This document shows positions 1 to 9,314 of a DNA stretch of 27,857 nucleotides, piece after piece. Positions within the stretch are counted from its first letter, which is position 1. The number at the start of each line of letters is the position of its first letter. The notes below the pieces were generated by a model. It saw nothing but the letters and a program-made list of their open reading frames with translations, made no database searches and was not told the origin of the DNA. The stretch spans positions 1 to 27,857 of the forward strand of contig DTVJ01000074.1 of assembly GCA_012963565.1 (NCBI GenBank), read 5' to 3'. Source of the DNA: Piscirickettsiaceae bacterium. GTDB lineage: Bacteria > Pseudomonadota > Gammaproteobacteria > PS1 > Pseudothioglobaceae. Both the position numbers and the translations under genes were made by a program.

Positions 1-1885
1 TGGCAATAGTCTTTTTATCTTCATAGTCCATCTCTATCATTGATGATAGTAGGGCGATATTAGATTTTAAATATTCTTCAACTGGCTCTTTGTTAAGCTT
101 AACGGTACAACCATTGGCGGAGCGCTCTGCAGAAGCATCAGCAAATTCAAATACTTGTTCTAATTTTAAGTCACTAAGACCTTCGATTTCCAAGATGCGA
201 CCTGAAAAAATATTCTTCTTGTGTTCTTTGGCGACCGTTAATAGGCCTTTTTGTATAGCAACATATGGGATGGCATTAACGATATCTCTGAGAGTAATGC
301 CCTCTTGCATGGTGCCAGAAAACTTAACCAGTACTGATTCTGGCATGTCTAACGGCAACACCCCAATCGAAGCACCGAAGGCAACCAGACCAGAACCTGC
401 TGGAAAACTAATACCAAGTGGAAAGCGAGTATGTGAATCACCACCGGTACCTACCGTATCGGGTAGTAGCATACGGTTAAGCCATGGGTGAATAATGCCA
501 TCACCGGGTTTTAGTGCTACACCGCCACGAGAGTGCATAAAGTCCGGTAATGAATGTTGCAGTTCTAGATCAATAGGTTTTGGATAGGCTGCTGTATGGC
601 AAAAACTTTGCATGACTAGTTCAGCCGAAAATCCTAGACAAGCTAGTTCTTTTAATTCATCACGAGTCATAGCACCAGTCGTGTCTTGAGATCCGACCGT
701 GGTCATACGAGGTTCACAATAGGTGCCAGGGCGAATGCCTTTAACGCCACAAGCATTACCGACAATTTTTTGTGCTAGTGTGAAACCGACATCAGAATCA
801 CCAGTGTCATGCGGGCGTAAGAAAATGTCACTAACTGGTAAATCCAAGTCTTGACGAGTTTTGTCTGTGAGCCCCCTACCAATGATCAAAGGAATCCTAC
901 CACCTGCGCGTACTTCATCTGGCATGGTGGTTGGTGCTAGCTCAAAGGTGGATATAACATCACCATCAGTATTAGTGATTTTTCCTTCATAAGGGTAGAT
1001 GGTAATTTCATCGCCCATATTTAGTTTAGACACATCACACTCGATAGGTAATGCGCCTGAATCTTCAGCAGTATTAAAGAAAATTGGTGCAATACTTTCA
1101 CCTAAAATAACACCACCACCACGCTTATTAGGAACATGGTCAATGTCATTGCCCATGTGCCATAACACAGAGTTAATGGCCGATTTACGCGAAGATCCGG
1201 TACCGACAACGTCACCAACAAAAGCTAAAGGCAAACCTTTTTCTTTTAGTTTTTCGATAGTAAGTAATGGATTGTCCATTGTTTTCCCTAGCATAGACTG
1301 AGCATGTAATGGGATATCGGGGCGCGACCAAGCCTCAGTGGCTGGCGATAAATCATCGGTATTAATTTCACCTTCAGCGCGGAAAACAGTAAGCTTAATT
1401 TCGTTAGGCAAAGCATCTTTAGCATTAAACCAATCAGCATTTGCCCAAGCATCCACCACTTTTTTGGCAAAGGCATTATCAGCTGATTTTTCTAAAATAG
1501 TTTGATAAGCTTCATAAATCAGTAATGTTCTAGACAATGCATCACAGGCAGCTTGTGCAGTTGCATCTATATCTAATAGTTCAATCAGTGGTGCAATGTT
1601 ATAACCACCCAACATCGTGCCTAATAAAGATGTAGCATGCTCCTGATTGATTGCATTACAATTTTGTTCACCTTTGGCAATACTGGCCAAAAAGCTTGCC
1701 TTTACATACGCCGCTTCATCAACTCCAGGAGGTACTCGATGTGTTAACAAATCGAGATAAAAAGTCTCATCATTGCCATTAATTAGATTTTCAATTACGG
1801 ATTGAGTTTGTTCTGCATTTAGCACTAATGGCGGCAAATTGTCCTTGGCGCGTTCATCAATGTGTTTTAAGTAAGCTGTTTTCAT
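1..1885 (-). CDS. acnB: Aconitate hydratase B (bifunctional aconitase 2/2-methylisocitrate dehydratase); 3' end lies outside the window
   Basis: Manually translated open frame from ATG at 1885 to base 1 with no stop: [20 protein letters not shown]..., [73 protein letters not shown]. These are AcnB motifs. It is missing from the ORF track, presumably because it has no stop in the window. Confidence 0.97.
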   Translation of the reverse strand, partial: MKTAYLKHIDERAKDNLPPLVLNAEQTQSVIENLINGNDETFYLDLLTHRVPPGVDEAAYVKASFLASIAKGEQNCNAINQEHATSLLGTMLGGYNIAPLIELLDIDATAQAACDALSRTLLIYEAYQTILEKSADNAFAKKVVDAWANADWFNAKDALPNEIKLTVFRAEGEINTDDLSPATEAWSRPDIPLHAQSMLGKTMDNPLLTIEKLKEKGLPLAFVGDVVGTGSSRKSAINSVLWHMGNDIDHVPNKRGGGVILGESIAPIFFNTAEDSGALPIECDVSKLNMGDEITIYPYEGKITNTDGDVISTFELAPTTMPDEVRAGGRIPLIIGRGLTDKTRQDLDLPVSDIFLRPHDTGDSDVGFTLAQKIVGNACGVKGIRPGTYCEPRMTTVGSQDTTGAMTRDELKELACLGFSAELVMQSFCHTAAYPKPIDLELQHSLPDFMHSRGGVALKPGDGIIHPWLNRMLLPDTVGTGGDSHTRFPLGISFPAGSGLVAFGASIGVLPLDMPESVLVKFSGTMQEGITLRDIVNAIPYVAIQKGLLTVAKEHKKNIFSGRILEIEGLSDLKLEQVFEFADASAERSANGCTVKLNKEPVEEYLKSNIALLSSMIEMDYEDKKTIA

Positions 1886-1913
1886 CTGCGTGATAAATGA
1901 ATGGTATAAAGCG

Positions 1914-1926
1914 TATAATTTTATCA
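1914..1926. promoter_or_regulatory. Overlapping divergent -10 elements for purB (+) and acnB (-)
   Basis: TATAAT on + at 1914-1919. TGaTAAAAT (extended -10) on - at 1926-1918. Both lie in a 66-bp AT-rich intergenic region. Confidence 0.5.
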
Positions 1927-1939
1927 TTTATTTGATTGA

Positions 1940-3337
<1,398 letters not shown>

Positions 3338-3375
3338 TTATTACAACAACAATATAAAAAAGGAGCAAAAAACCC

Positions 3376-3840
3376 ATGGTTAAAATTAGATTAGCCCGAG
3401 GTGGAGCCAAGAAAAAACCTTTTTATTCAATTGTAGCAACAGACTCTAGAAAACGTAGAGACAGTGGTTACATTGAGCGTATTGGATATTTTAATCCAGT
3501 TGCTCGTGGACAAGAAGTTAGGCTTACTATCGAAGAAGATAGATTAGATTACTGGGCATCAAAAGGTGCACAAATCTCTGATCGTGTTAAGCAACTTGTC
3601 AAAGAATTCAAAGACCCTTCAATTCGTGAGAAACGTGTCGCAGCTCAAGATGCTAGAGCTGCAGCAGTAGCTGCTAAACTAGCAGCTGAAGCAAAAGCAA
3701 AAGCGGACGAAGAGGCAAAAGCTGAGGCTGAGGCGAAAGCAGCAGAAGCAGCAGAAGCTAAGGCAGCAGCTGAAGCAGAAGCAGCTGCGGCGGCGGAAGC
3801 ACCAGCTGAAGAGTCATCAGAGGAAGAGGCTGCTGAGTAA
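3376..3840 (+). CDS. rpsP: 30S ribosomal protein S16 with long Ala/Glu/Lys C-terminal extension
   Basis: [41 protein letters not shown] core of about 80 aa, then a low-complexity tail of about 70 aa; strong SD. Confidence 0.98.
   Translation: MVKIRLARGGAKKKPFYSIVATDSRKRRDSGYIERIGYFNPVARGQEVRLTIEEDRLDYWASKGAQISDRVKQLVKEFKDPSIREKRVAAQDARAAAVAAKLAAEAKAKADEEAKAEAEAKAAEAAEAKAAAEAEAAAAAEAPAEESSEEEAAE
3660..3837 (+). repeat. Degenerate GCA/GCT/GAA codon repeats encoding the S16 tail (EAKA/AEA units)
   Basis: Runs such as gcagaagcagcagaagctaaggcagcagctgaagcagaagcagctgcggcggcggaagc. Confidence 0.75.
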
Positions 3841-3874
3841 CTTAGCACCTTCGACTTCTACCCACGAAAGGCTG

Positions 3875-4357
3875 TTGGTCGGTAAGATCAATGGCCTTTT
3901 TGGCGTTCAGGGCTGGGTGAAAATCTTTTCACACACACATCCTAGGAAAAATATTTTGTCCTATCAGCCTTGGCACGTTGAGATAGATGGCGAGTGGACA
4001 ACACTTGATATTCTTAAGGGTCGAGAGCAAGGCAAAACCATTGTCGCTCAACTTAAAGACACCAATGACCGTGAACAAGCACGTTCCATGATTGGCATTG
4101 ATCTATACATCGAAAAATCACAATTGCCTAAATTGTCTAAAGGCGAATACTACTGGGAAGATCTAATTGGCCTTGAAGTAATTAATCAAAAAGGCATTGT
4201 CCTTGGAAAGGTTTCGAATTTGGTGGATACCGGTGCTAATAATGTATTGATTATTAACGGCGAAAAAGAACATTGGGTGCCTTATATCGAACCTTTTTTA
4301 ATAGAAGTCAATCTTGATAAACAACAGATATTAGTTGATTGGGATGAAGATTTTTAA
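3875..4357 (+). CDS. rimM: Ribosome maturation factor RimM (TTG start at 3875; frame is open back to CTG at 3833)
   Basis: VGKINGLFGVQGWVKIFS, GEYYWEDLIGLEV, DTGANNVL, ILVDWDEDF; directly follows rpsP. Confidence 0.96.
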   Translation: MVGKINGLFGVQGWVKIFSHTHPRKNILSYQPWHVEIDGEWTTLDILKGREQGKTIVAQLKDTNDREQARSMIGIDLYIEKSQLPKLSKGEYYWEDLIGLEVINQKGIVLGKVSNLVDTGANNVLIINGEKEHWVPYIEPFLIEVNLDKQQILVDWDEDF

Positions 4358-4366
4358 ATAATAAAT

Positions 4367-5590
4367 TTAGTTGTCTGCTAACGCCTTATAAATGCATGCT
4401 AGGTTGACACCAGTTACTGTATTGGCTCTAAGAGATCTTGCTTCGTTTGAGAGTTCTTGTTTGAGCCATTTAGCTGTTCTATGTTCCGGGTAGCGCATTT
4501 GAAAAATGTGGAGCCATGATGAATTAAAAGTAACACTGTCGAGATTAGAGTTAAATTTTTGATGACCATTACTTGCTTGGCCACGGTGTCGTTGTTTAGC
4601 CCATGGCTCAATTACAGAATGATCTAGAAAAGAATCGTGGAATAATTCTACAGCTTTGAGTAGTTTCTTTTCAAGATTGTCGGATATTTCAATATTTGCG
4701 GTTTTGGCTATTTCCATGATTATAAATGCTTCACCAAGGGCTGTATGATGATACCAAAGCGCTCTGTTCCCCCTTGTTGTTCTGTCCTTCATACTTCCAT
4801 CATCAAGTGTCCATTTGTCTAGACCTTTGACCATTTTTTTAACCATATCTTTATAGTTGCGGTTTTTCCCGTGCTTAATTGCGATATTTGGGAAGTAAAA
4901 TCCTGCTGAGTTGCCAAAATAAAACTTATCGGCGCGTTTAATTCGATGATAAAAACTCTCAAACCATTCTTTAATTACTTCATGTCTTTTGTCTTGCAGT
5001 TGATAGTCAGAATAGTAAAGCTTGTAAACATAGTTTAAAGACATGACTATTTCTAATGCCACTGTCGAGTCTTTTATTGGGGACATGTCTTGCCCGTTAG
5101 GATCAGTCCATTCACCTTCACAAGAGCGAAGAATCGAAGGTGGAGCGCTAGAATAGCATTGTTTGGTAGCTGATAGCGCATCTTGAGATGCCCAATCATA
5201 CAACTTATTGAATAGTTTTTCTTTTAACTGTAAATCTTCAGAAACCATAGCGTATGTAATGCTTGCCAAGTACTTTCTAAATACTTTTCTACTATGAACG
5301 CCTTCTACATCATCTTTATTGTCCATTCTTGAGTTGTACCCAAGTATTCTTGGTGCTAAGTCTTGGTTTATTACCTTCCAATGTGGTTTAAAGTATTCAA
5401 AGCCACACGACTCTATCTTTTTTGCTTTGGACAACTGGCTGAAGTTGTTATAAATTTCATCTGAAATAAATATACTTTTGCTGGTTTGTTGTGGTTTTTC
5501 GATAGTGCTATCGTCATTATTGATAAACGTTAATGATTGTGCTGAAAAAGACAAGAATGAAGTGATGGCGATTAAGATTATTTTTAACAT
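4367..5590 (-). CDS. Secreted alginate-lyase-family (PF05426/PL5-like alpha/alpha toroid) protein, divergent
   Basis: Signal-peptide-like MLKIILIAITSFLSFSAQS from ATG 5590. DGSMKDRTTRGNRALWYHHTALGEAFIIMEIA resembles the PL5 DGSLPxEmaRgxRALhYhnfAL segment. The family call is from motif recognition only. Confidence 0.62.
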   Translation of the reverse strand: MLKIILIAITSFLSFSAQSLTFINNDDSTIEKPQQTSKSIFISDEIYNNFSQLSKAKKIESCGFEYFKPHWKVINQDLAPRILGYNSRMDNKDDVEGVHSRKVFRKYLASITYAMVSEDLQLKEKLFNKLYDWASQDALSATKQCYSSAPPSILRSCEGEWTDPNGQDMSPIKDSTVALEIVMSLNYVYKLYYSDYQLQDKRHEVIKEWFESFYHRIKRADKFYFGNSAGFYFPNIAIKHGKNRNYKDMVKKMVKGLDKWTLDDGSMKDRTTRGNRALWYHHTALGEAFIIMEIAKTANIEISDNLEKKLLKAVELFHDSFLDHSVIEPWAKQRHRGQASNGHQKFNSNLDSVTFNSSWLHIFQMRYPEHRTAKWLKQELSNEARSLRANTVTGVNLACIYKALADN

Positions 5591-5619
5591 TTTATTGGTT
5601 AATTTCAATGATTTTTGAA

Positions 5620-5628
5620 ATTTTAACA
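5620..5628 (-). promoter_or_regulatory. Extended -10 promoter for the lyase-like gene
   Basis: TGtTAAAAT on - at 5628-5620, 29 nt upstream of ATG 5590. This favours 5590 over 5629 as the start. Confidence 0.45.
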
Positions 5629-5682
5629 TAGATGAATTTAGTGGGATAAAGGCTTGTAACTAGCTACGAAATGAAGTCAAGG

Positions 5683-5716
5683 CAATAAAAAACCCGCACT
5701 TGCGGGTTTTTTATTG
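5683..5716. terminator. Bidirectional rho-independent terminator (ends the sulP-1 transcript and insulates the lyase gene)
   Basis: CAATAAAAAACCCGCA-CT-TGCGGGTTTTTTATTG: a perfect 16-nt inverted repeat with A6/T6 tracts on both sides, 14 nt downstream of the sulP-1 stop. Confidence 0.92.
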
Positions 5717-5730
5717 AGTTTGCAAAGACT

Positions 5731-7335
5731 TTAAGTTAATAGTGCTTTATCAATACCAATGTTTTCTAAGAAATGTCTTACCTTAGTGTTGGCGCCCACA
5801 ATGGTAATATCGGCAGATTTTTCTTTACAAATGTTACAAATTTCTGCAATACCACGAGACGTTGTGTAGTCAATCACAGGTACGTTTGATAAGTCCAAGA
5901 TAACTCTATCGTAGTTGGTTTTAGTTGAGAAGTCTCTTACAATACCTTTGGCTGAACCGAAGCTCATAGGGCCATTTAACTGGTAGAACAACGTGTTACC
6001 AGCACGAATGAGCTCTTGATGCGTTTCATCTAAGTGTGAGGCATCTTCAATAGTTTGTACAGAAACAATACTGGCTAATTGCACATCGGTCATTCTTTGC
6101 AAGAAGATTAAACTGGCCATTACTAGCCCAACTCCGACAGCTGCCATTAAATTATAAAATACTGTAATCGCTAGTACCGTTAGCATGATTAATACACCAG
6201 ACTTTGGTGCTGCGAATAAGCCTTTAAAGTAGTCCCAATCAATAATATCAGTACCTACTTTAACTAAGATTGCACCGAGTACGGCCAAAGGGATCTCTTT
6301 GGCGTATTGAGCACCACCCAAGACAATCATGAGCAACAGTACAGCATGTAATGCACCAGAGATTGGCGTTAAACCACCAGCCTTTACGTTGGTCATAGTA
6401 CGCATAGTTGCGCCCGCACCTGGTAAACCGCCAAACAGACCTGAGAAGGTATTACCAATACCTTGACCGATTAACTCTCTGTCAGATTTGTGATGTGTGC
6501 GTGTAATCTCGTCCGAGACTAATGAAGTCAGTAATGAGTCGATAGAGCCTAATATTGCTAGCATTAATGCTGATGCAAACATGTCTGCAATCATGCTCGT
6601 TTCCCAAACAGGCATTTGGAAGCCTGGTAAGCCAGTTGGAATATTACCCAAAATCATGTTGTTCAAAGGCTCAGTCCCTGAAGCAAAATATTGCGGAAAG
6701 AACACCAAGATTAACGTACCAGAAAGTAAAGCAAACAACGGTGCAGGAATGATTCTACCAATCTTTTTTGGTAGTAAATAAACAATGAGGAGTGTAATAA
6801 GCGCAATTGAAAGTGCGCCAGTATTAACGAAGTAATGCTCAATATCACCCAGTTGAGAAAAAATACCTGTGGTTGAGCCTTTAATGTCGTAAAAGCCCAG
6901 TACTTGAGGGATTTGAAGAATAATGATAATGACACCAATACCGGTCATAAAGCCAGAGGTAACAGGATGTGGCATTAGGTTGATAAAACGACCTAACTTT
7001 AAAATACCAAAAACAATCTGGAACAAACCACCTAGTGCTACAACGGTAAAGGCAAGTGCTAAACCAGTTTCTGGATATAGGGCAATGTATTTGGTAACAA
7101 TCATTGCCATTACTACTGTCATTGGACCGGTAGGACCAGAAACTTGAGCGCCAGTACCACCAAAAAGTGCCGCAAAGAAACCAGTAATGATTGCGCCGTA
7201 TAAACCTGCAATAGCGCCTGCGCCTGATGCAAGGCCCATAGCGATAGCAAATGGAAGCGCTACAACGCCGGCTGTAATACCACCAGTAATATCACCACGT
7301 ATATTATTAAAATGTAAATTTTCAATTAATTTCAT
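5731..7335 (-). CDS. SulP/SLC26 anion transporter with STAS domain, BicA/DauA-like (possible bicarbonate or dicarboxylate transporter)
   Basis: RGDITGGITAGVVALP, GLYGAIITGFFAALFGG, VSGPTGPM, SDRELIGQGIGN, GAGATMRT; C-terminal STAS (GPMSFGSA...VILDLSNVPVID). SD AAGGA. Substrate is inferred. Confidence 0.93.
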   Translation of the reverse strand: MKLIENLHFNNIRGDITGGITAGVVALPFAIAMGLASGAGAIAGLYGAIITGFFAALFGGTGAQVSGPTGPMTVVMAMIVTKYIALYPETGLALAFTVVALGGLFQIVFGILKLGRFINLMPHPVTSGFMTGIGVIIIILQIPQVLGFYDIKGSTTGIFSQLGDIEHYFVNTGALSIALITLLIVYLLPKKIGRIIPAPLFALLSGTLILVFFPQYFASGTEPLNNMILGNIPTGLPGFQMPVWETSMIADMFASALMLAILGSIDSLLTSLVSDEITRTHHKSDRELIGQGIGNTFSGLFGGLPGAGATMRTMTNVKAGGLTPISGALHAVLLLMIVLGGAQYAKEIPLAVLGAILVKVGTDIIDWDYFKGLFAAPKSGVLIMLTVLAITVFYNLMAAVGVGLVMASLIFLQRMTDVQLASIVSVQTIEDASHLDETHQELIRAGNTLFYQLNGPMSFGSAKGIVRDFSTKTNYDRVILDLSNVPVIDYTTSRGIAEICNICKEKSADITIVGANTKVRHFLENIGIDKALLT

Positions 7336-7369
7336 GAATTAATCCTTATATGTAATATATAAATTTAAA

Positions 7370-7481
7370 GAGTTACGTCTGAAAAAGACACGTGCAATAT
7401 TATACAAAATAACACCCATAAAATGCAGGTATTATTATATAATATACTGCTTATATCCCTTTGATATACTCAGACGAACTC
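7370..7481. promoter_or_regulatory. Divergent promoter region of the two SulP genes
   Basis: TATAAT on - at 7404-7399; TATAAT on + at 7438-7443; TGaTATACT on + at 7462-7470. Imperfect palindrome GCAGGTATTATTATATAATATACTGC at 7425-7450. Mirrored TCAGACG(T)AACTC motif at 7382-7370 (-) and 7470-7481 (+). Confidence 0.55.
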
Positions 7482-7526
7482 CTAATGGCTTAAAGTCATT
7501 TTTATAAATTGTTGGACAAACATATA

Positions 7527-9284
7527 ATGAACAAAATCGCAAAATTCTTGCCATTTTTAGCCTGGATTAATGAGCTTAAGAATCCTGCTATTTTAAAAGC
7601 AGATGCCGTTGCTGGCTTAACAGTTGCTTTGGTATTGGTGCCGCAATCAATGGCTTATGCGCAATTGGCTGGTCTACCGCCTCAGTATGGCTTATACGCT
7701 TCATTCTTACCAGTGATGATTGCAGCATTGATGGGTTCTTCGAGACAATTAGGTACGGGACCAGTTGCAGTTGTTTCGCTATTAACGGCTGCAGCAATTC
7801 CAACGATTTTGCCTGCAGGTGCTGACATGGCAACCTATGTGATTTATGCTTCTATGTTAGCTTTCTTGGTGGGCGTGTTCCAATTTATTTTAGGTGCATT
7901 GAAGCTTGGACTGGTGATTAACTTCCTATCACATCCAGTTGTAGTGGGCTTTACCAATGCAGCAGCCATTATTATTGGTACTTCGCAATTGTCTAAGGTA
8001 TTTGGCGTGGTTAAGCCAGAATCTGAGCACACTTATGAGCAAGTTTGGGGTGTTTTACTTAACGCATCGCAAGGTCCACATGCATGGACTGTATTTGCTG
8101 CAGTTGTTGCTTTTGCTATTATGATTGGTGTTAGAAAATATGCACCAAAATTGCCAGGCGTCTTACTTGCTGTTGCTGTGACCACGATTATTTCTTGGAT
8201 CATGGACTTCGGTATACCAGTGGCAGACGGCGGCCTTGGTGGTGCGATTGTTGGCTCTATTCCTGAAGGCTTACCAGCGATTGTTGCACCTAACTTTGAT
8301 TTCTCAGTTATGAGCCAAATGTTGGTGACTGCTATTACCATTGGTCTGATTGGTTTTATGGAAGCCATCTCTATTGCTAAAGCCATGGCCGCACAAACCA
8401 AACAGCGCCTTAACGCTGACCAAGAATTAATCGGTCAAGGTCTTGCGAACATTGTGTCTAGCTTCTTCCAAGGTTATGCGGTTTCTGGTTCATTTTCGCG
8501 TTCAGCGGTAAATATATCATCAGGTGCAGTGACGGGTTTTTCATCAGTGGTAACGGCGGTGATTGTCGGTATTACTTTGTTGTGGTTAACGCCACTTTTA
8601 TATCATTTACCTCAAGCAACCTTGGCTGCAGTAATCATTATGGCAGTGGTTAATTTGATTAAATTTTCACCAATTAAGCACGCTTGGAAAGTAGAAAAAC
8701 ATGATGCTGTTGTTGCGGTGATAACGTTTATATTGACGTTATTATTCGCACCACACTTAGAAAACGGCATTGTGATCGGTGTGATTTTGTCATTAGGGTT
8801 GTTTTTGTATCGCACCATGGAGCCAAGATTTACAGAGTTATCTGCACATGATGGGTCGACATTGCTTGTGAGTGCGCTAGATAATAAACTTGATCGTTGT
8901 GAAGTAGTTTCTATTGTGAAGTATTCCGGTTCGCTTTATTTTGCTAATGCAGGTTATTTTGAAGATAAGATACTAAAACTCATTGCTGATAAACATGAGT
9001 GTTTGAGATATATTATTGTGGATATGGCTGGTATTAATCAAATTGATGCTAGTGGTGAAGATGTACTCTCAGGTTTGTTAGAACGTTGTTCTGCCAATGG
9101 AGTGGAAATTTTATTTGCACGTATGGAAGGCATCGAGATGGTATTAAAACGTTCTGGCTTTGTCGATCAATTTGGTGAAGATCGTTTCTATGAACGCCGT
9201 ACTGATGCCTTGCGTTATGCATGGAAAGAATTGGGGGATGAAGAAGCTGCTGCTAAGAGTCCGCTGAAACACCTAATTTCTTAA
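7527..9284 (+). CDS. SulP/SLC26 sulfate-permease-type transporter with STAS domain (ATG 7527 preferred over TTG 7509)
   Basis: ADAVAGLTVALVLVPQSMAYAQLAGLPPQYGLYASFLP, GSSRQLGTGPVAVVSLL, NADQELIGQGLAN, GSFSRSAVN; STAS (SLYFANA...IVDMAGINQIDASG). Confidence 0.94.
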   Translation: MNKIAKFLPFLAWINELKNPAILKADAVAGLTVALVLVPQSMAYAQLAGLPPQYGLYASFLPVMIAALMGSSRQLGTGPVAVVSLLTAAAIPTILPAGADMATYVIYASMLAFLVGVFQFILGALKLGLVINFLSHPVVVGFTNAAAIIIGTSQLSKVFGVVKPESEHTYEQVWGVLLNASQGPHAWTVFAAVVAFAIMIGVRKYAPKLPGVLLAVAVTTIISWIMDFGIPVADGGLGGAIVGSIPEGLPAIVAPNFDFSVMSQMLVTAITIGLIGFMEAISIAKAMAAQTKQRLNADQELIGQGLANIVSSFFQGYAVSGSFSRSAVNISSGAVTGFSSVVTAVIVGITLLWLTPLLYHLPQATLAAVIIMAVVNLIKFSPIKHAWKVEKHDAVVAVITFILTLLFAPHLENGIVIGVILSLGLFLYRTMEPRFTELSAHDGSTLLVSALDNKLDRCEVVSIVKYSGSLYFANAGYFEDKILKLIADKHECLRYIIVDMAGINQIDASGEDVLSGLLERCSANGVEILFARMEGIEMVLKRSGFVDQFGEDRFYERRTDALRYAWKELGDEEAAAKSPLKHLIS

Positions 9285-9314
9285 TCAACTAACCTATAGG
9301 TTGACTTTGTTGAC

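Noticed and set aside
90-1476. ORF-track ORFs 90..491, 999..1301 and 1288..1476
   Set aside because: They are antisense or off-frame shadows of acnB, which occupies 1..1885 on the - strand.
1890-1931. Fur box upstream of acnB
   Set aside because: AATGATAAAATTATA only partly matches the 7-1-7 Fur consensus and has the wrong spacing; the AT-rich background makes such matches cheap.
3645-3848. Ala/Ser-rich 67-aa ORF on the - strand
   Set aside because: It is the antisense shadow of the S16 GCA/GAA tail; these repeats lack stops on the reverse strand.
4358-5730. Mobile element or genomic-island boundaries around the lyase gene
   Set aside because: I found no transposase, integrase, tRNA target, terminal inverted repeats or target-site duplication. 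The only direct repeat is ATGTTAAAA at the two possible starts.
6497-8818. Many 60-120-aa ORFs overlapping the SulP genes
   Set aside because: They are antisense or alternative-frame shadows of hydrophobic coding sequence, with no motifs or SD support.
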